A stretch of 64,000 bases of DNA from a virus, in IMG/VR virus record IMGVR_UViG_3300042389_000724, positions 1 to 64,000 of that record, one strand, 5' to 3'. A program made the position numbers and the translations under genes. Positions 62,301-64,000 of the stretch are shown piece after piece; the stretch's first letter is position 1, and every line of letters begins with the position of its first letter. The notes beneath the pieces were generated by a model, which saw nothing but the letters and a program-made list of their open reading frames with translations, did not search any database and had not been told where the DNA came from.

Positions 62301-64000
62301 AAGTACACCAAGACAATCAAGCCAAATCCTTCGAATAATGTAAACTGGTTGGGTTTCTTGAAGATCACTCCTCAAGTGACCACCATTTATGACAAATCGG
62401 TAAGACCTGTTGTGAAAACCAATTCTCTCATGGAGAATGATAATTGGCTTTCATCTAACGCAAATGATGATCGTGGATTCGGTACTCAATGGAACGATTG
62501 GGAGAGCATTTGGTTTGGGATTAACGATATAGAGGAAGAGCAGCAGGACATACAGAACCGAATTCTACAAACTCCTCGTATAAATTCCGAGTCTTCGGTT
62601 TCCAATATCAATTCTGGAAATGTCAAAGTTTCAGCAAGCAGAAACGCACAATCTGTGGATCAGCGCACAAGTAGTTTCATGCGTACCAGATATCTGAAAA
62701 ACCGAATCAAGACAAAAATCGAAAACAAAATAATCGACAGAAGTGTAATTCCATATATCCCATATCAAACTGTGTCGGGATTGGCTACTGGACTGAAGCC
62801 AAATTCTCAGAGTCTTTCTGTGTTCTTTGACAGTGATCTTGTGTTGTCTGGAGTTACGAGTGATGAAAACGGTACATCAAGGTTTTCGTTTGACATCATA
62901 AACTCTTCTGCGCTAGTAGGAAGCAGAACTGTTCGTATTTCTGATGCAGACGCAATTGAAAATTCTACTCTTTCTGCTGATGCGGTTTACCACTGCTCTG
63001 GGATTTTGAATCAGAGAGATTCTGGATCTTTTTCTACAAGACCCCCAGAACTACGCAGGCAGTCTGTTAATAGTGAAACCATAGCAAAAGATCCGTTCAA
63101 CCGCGATCTTGATACAATCGAAAACAATCAGTGGTCAGATCCTCTTTCACAAACATTCTTTGTCGATAAGAAAACGAATGCAGAAGGAATTTTCCTTAAC
63201 AGCGTTTCTCTATTCTTCTCGTCCAAGGATTCGAAACTGCCTGTTGCTGTTCAGATTCGTCCCACTCTTTCGGGATATCCTTCTCCATCTGTTGTTCTGC
63301 CTTTCAGTACAGTTGTCAAGATGCCTTCTGAAGTAAATGCATCTAGCGTTCCAGCCGAAACCAAGTTTGAGTTCAGCAGTCCTGTGTATTTGGAACCTGG
63401 AGAATATTCGATTTGTGTTTTGACAAACAGCGATGACTATGAGTTGTTTGCTGCCGAGTCTTCGTTCAACTCCATACCAAATTCTTCTTCCACATCTGGA
63501 AGAGCAGGAAACAATCAATTGGTGGGAACGCTCTTTGTTGCACAGGGATTGGGTGCTGCTGTTCCAGACAATACCACGGATCTTATGTTCTCATTGGAAC
63601 GCTGCGAGTTTGCTTCTCAAGGAACATATAGCATCAATGGTGCTACCAATCTTTCCGATGTTCAAGTAGTGAAGTTTTATTCGAGTGAGATTATTCCGAG
63701 TGGTTGTTCGATCAGCCGACAGATCGGAACAACAGAATTTTACAATGGAGAGTCGATTTATCCAGAGACTGCTATTACACCAAACATAGTCTATACACTT
63801 CGTCGTGGTGCGAGTAATGCAGTTTCTCCAGTCTTCGACAGGCAGACTCTTGTTGGAACATCCGTTCAAATGTACACCAATCGCACCTCCACATCTCCTT
63901 ATTCTGAATATGTGTCACGAGTTGTTGAGTTGCCCGACTACATTACTTCCAATGGTATTGCGGTTTTCGTGGATGAAAACACTCCCACTCAAACACAGAT
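59331..64000 (+). CDS. Large virion structural protein (VrlC / DUF4815 family), 3' end outside the window
   Basis: Absent from the ORF track, consistent with no stop in the window. MAYDPSIFNINPYYDDFD...RVLFKPGYAVQARELTQ.Q, NYNAPGADRYKI, LARRTFDESGSY, DPLSQTF. Confidence 0.9.
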   Translation, partial: MAYDPSIFNINPYYDDFDAAKGFLRVLFKPGYAVQARELTQAQTLLQNQLSKIGDHLFKDGSRIIGGGISVRNASYIMVDAGVSSPLLGATNYEDLIGSVLTSSIDGDLTEARVVHYVAPDVSSDGLLVLIVDFVSGFAFESSFNLTKGSFQYNGFVPAPSAFLDGVEYPSTGTCKLVSVNEGVFYIDGFFVRSSTQFFSPYEKNAVRRDFRFDGFSQLNKKIGFLITRDGVTERDDNTLRDPAIGSYNYNAPGADRYKITPVLSQVELLDTPDDFVELVRFEGGKVVKKADRISYGEIEKTLARRTFDESGSYSVNPFDISIKRTADSTEYFNLVMGQGKAYILGQEVENAYPKVLPFPRAQTVQEEGTSSPLSYDFSTGNYLDVTFNSDSQTLFASNLPSIASGSVLARFFGTTNNTVATGYVHGAIPTNANGVSAKTYRLYLYGISGAVQSGRSACIYLHTNGNTLGRFAPSSGTTFPSPSQTVQQSLVYEVTPGYAVSDFSSLRVVGKLVGGNTNLVAASHTAPNTTYSVTKDHFSDSLVSPSSSVFSFFNYGSGANTSSSDTQEIAIIDQNGNAFVPPASGTILSSVDTSQFSLVITNAANGFTSGSFRIAAPVIYTPVISDVNTYRYKTTATSTHQFVTNSFKTDSVGRKYFTLPHIDVFSISSIVNQADQQIFADDFELDDGQRESHYENARLYIKENASSKSVYNGTAGTAITLVVSYSRFTHNGLQCAPFIGKHSYTDLEYEKIPLYTNPRTGKTVSLANCIDFRRSGLTSSVAMLKPYGRSEFGTIGDTQIKYSHYLPRIDKICLKADVEDGSPLFFLESGTPDISPVSPSDPADSLVLATLTVPAYTHNPEDIMISPVNSKRYTMSDIGRMEKRVDDVEVFTKLSLSETELETRSLKTSVSQTEPLKTSIFVDELYGHSSSDVVSNFHSCSIDLERSELRPFFVPFDVGFVEGVTSDTRESADGIVTLNYTSKLYIDNKKYTKTIKPNPSNNVNWLGFLKITPQVTTIYDKSVRPVVKTNSLMENDNWLSSNANDDRGFGTQWNDWESIWFGINDIEEEQQDIQNRILQTPRINSESSVSNINSGNVKVSASRNAQSVDQRTSSFMRTRYLKNRIKTKIENKIIDRSVIPYIPYQTVSGLATGLKPNSQSLSVFFDSDLVLSGVTSDENGTSRFSFDIINSSALVGSRTVRISDADAIENSTLSADAVYHCSGILNQRDSGSFSTRPPELRRQSVNSETIAKDPFNRDLDTIENNQWSDPLSQTFFVDKKTNAEGIFLNSVSLFFSSKDSKLPVAVQIRPTLSGYPSPSVVLPFSTVVKMPSEVNASSVPAETKFEFSSPVYLEPGEYSICVLTNSDDYELFAAESSFNSIPNSSSTSGRAGNNQLVGTLFVAQGLGAAVPDNTTDLMFSLERCEFASQGTYSINGATNLSDVQVVKFYSSEIIPSGCSISRQIGTTEFYNGESIYPETAITPNIVYTLRRGASNAVSPVFDRQTLVGTSVQMYTNRTSTSPYSEYVSRVVELPDYITSNGIAVFVDENTPTQTQ

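Noticed and set aside
50535-64000. Inteins, introns or diversity-generating retroelement in the giant structural genes
   Set aside because: I saw no intein C/S...HN junction with LAGLIDADG motifs, no reverse transcriptase and no adenine-variant repeat pair; the extra length is explained by lectin-like insertions. An HMM scan would be needed to exclude these fully.
1-64000. Stop-codon reassignment
   Set aside because: Core genes are intact under the standard code, TAA, TAG and TGA all end genes at expected positions, and no suppressor tRNA is present.

Overview
A 64-kb segment of a large T4-like myovirus (T4-superfamily phage) genome, read with the standard genetic code. Left part (1-31.9 kb): a minus-strand block of probable internal head proteins with T4-type capsid-targeting leaders (1-3.8 kb), then a GC-rich early/accessory region driven by sigma70-like promoters, several of them leaderless. 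That region holds a VWA/metallopeptidase plus MoxR/CobS-type AAA+ pair, many small hypothetical genes, three proteins with PEP-CTERM-like (VPxP) exosortase tails that point to a Planctomycetota (Phycisphaerae-like) host (inference), nine tRNAs, a circularly permuted two-piece tmRNA and several unexplained structured RNAs. Right part (31.9-64 kb): an AT-richer T4 core module with gp33, gp32, tape measure, gp51, gp26, gp54/gp19-like, gp2, gp4, gp48, gp53, hub, gp5, PAAR, gp25, gp6, a giant gp7, gp8 and a VrlC/DUF4815-like protein that runs off the window. Most notable: (i) the phage-borne permuted tmRNA, (ii) a probable -1 frameshift fusing gp26 to gp51 between the tail-tube-family and tape measure genes, like lambda G/GT, (iii) phage-encoded exosortase substrates, (iv) a LamG-like domain split across one in-frame TAA at the end of gp7. 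All family calls come from motif recognition by eye; no database searches were run.
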